In this document: positions 14,888-15,556 of the stretch, piece by piece
How the letters are laid out: each line of letters begins with the position of its first letter
Numbering within the stretch: position 1 is the first letter of the stretch
DNA from: Fidelibacterota bacterium
GTDB lineage: Bacteria > Fidelibacterota > Marinisomatia > Marinisomatales > UBA2128
DNA: 15,556 bases
Assembly (NCBI GenBank): GCA_046861645.1
Contig: JBHHUM010000049.1
Location: forward strand, 1 to 15,556
Direction: 5' to 3'
The notes under the pieces: generated by a model
Databases searched by the model: none
Seen by the model: the letters and a program-made list of their open reading frames with translations, nothing else
What the model was told of the DNA's origin: nothing
Program-made: the position numbers and the translations under genes

Positions 14888-15556
14888 TCACTTCAATCTT
14901 CTTACTTCTCCCTTTCTCCCCCATACCCCTTCTACATTACTCAGAGGCTGTGTCTTCCATCTCCTGTGAAACCAGAAGTACTGTTCCGGGTGCTCCCAAA
15001 TCATCTCTTCCAGCTTAGACGCAATTTTCTGTGTAATGGTTTCCACTGTGTCATCGGAAGTGACTAATATTCGCTCGAATGTAATGTGATAATGGGAATG
15101 TCTGTCCATCCGGCAGAAGGCAGTAATCAGCGGCGCCCCGGTTTTAAGGTGGAATACGGCAGGTCCCCGGAAAGCTGAAGCCGGCCGGCCTAAGAAATCC
15201 ACGAAAACGCCGCTTTTCCGGGCATCCTGATCAGCCGCCAGTCCCAAGATACCACCCCTGGCAACAACTTTCATCATCTCGTGGGTCGATGACCCGGCGT
15301 AGAGAGGCGGCAAAGCCATCTTCGATCGCCACTCCACAAAGAAACGGTTAGCCCCCTTGTTCTTCTGCCGACGGATTACCGGCGTGAAACTGTAACCTTT
15401 GCGGCTGAACCAGATCGGGAAGATCTCCCAGTTCCCGAAATGACCGGTCAGGAGGATCATCCCTTGCTTCGAGTCCGGCGATTCCAAGGAATCTTCACCT
15501 TCCACTGAGACGATACGTTCCAAGTCGAGCGTCTCCACCCGGAGGGTGTCAAGAAT
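14888..15556 (-). CDS. lpxL: Lipid A late acyltransferase / lysophospholipid acyltransferase (LpxL/HtrB family), 5' end beyond the window
   Basis: Catalytic motif HFGNWE, ADQD, VFVDFLG and PEQYFWFHRRWK. The frame stays open from 15538 to the window edge (ILDTLR), so the gene is partial. Confidence 0.88.
   Translation of the reverse strand: MLDTLRVETLDLERIVSVEGEDSLESPDSKQGMILLTGHFGNWEIFPIWFSRKGYSFTPVIRRQKNKGANRFFVEWRSKMALPPLYAGSSTHEMMKVVARGGILGLAADQDARKSGVFVDFLGRPASAFRGPAVFHLKTGAPLITAFCRMDRHSHYHITFERILVTSDDTVETITQKIASKLEEMIWEHPEQYFWFHRRWKTQPLSNVEGVWGRKGEVRRLK

Noticed and set aside
760..15067. Numerous short alternative-frame and antisense ORFs in the ORF track (e.g. 766-1041, 993-1280, 8736-9158, 9662-10135, 11155-11610, 14291-14746, 14747-15067)
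   Set aside because: They overlap well-supported conserved genes, have no recognisable motifs and look like shadow ORFs.
1..15556. CRISPR arrays, tRNA/rRNA genes, IS elements, prophage or defence genes
   Set aside because: No direct-repeat/spacer arrays, cloverleaf-like segments, transposase or integrase motifs were seen, and the intergenic gaps are all short (under about 170 bp).

Overview
Chromosomal housekeeping region of a diderm bacterium. Gene order and protein styles (uppS-bamA-skp, LpxC with the long internal insert, BamA ending FGMPF) suggest the FCB superphylum, possibly Marinimicrobia/Neomarinimicrobiota; this is inference only. Left to right: (i) a minus-strand MFS transporter whose 3' end runs off the left edge; (ii) a four-gene Fe-S-flavoured block of ferredoxin, an intrinsic terminator, an Mrp/ApbC ATPase, an uncharacterised GHWYL-motif membrane protein and a membrane protein with four CxxC motifs; (iii) behind a TTGACA-17-TAATTT promoter, a tightly coupled envelope/lipid A/isoprenoid operon: uppS, bamA, skp, lpxD, lpxC, fabZ, lpxA, an unknown secreted beta-rich protein, dxr and rseP; (iv) a convergent minus-strand operon with an LpxL-family acyltransferase (partial), tsaC and a DUF3108-like protein. 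No mobile elements, CRISPR arrays or RNA genes were seen. The best candidate for an undescribed system is block (ii). Its ApbC has lost the cluster-binding CxxC, which is replaced by a longer beta-rich segment, and it is followed closely by two unknown membrane proteins, one carrying four CxxC pairs including CPHCGDETTI.
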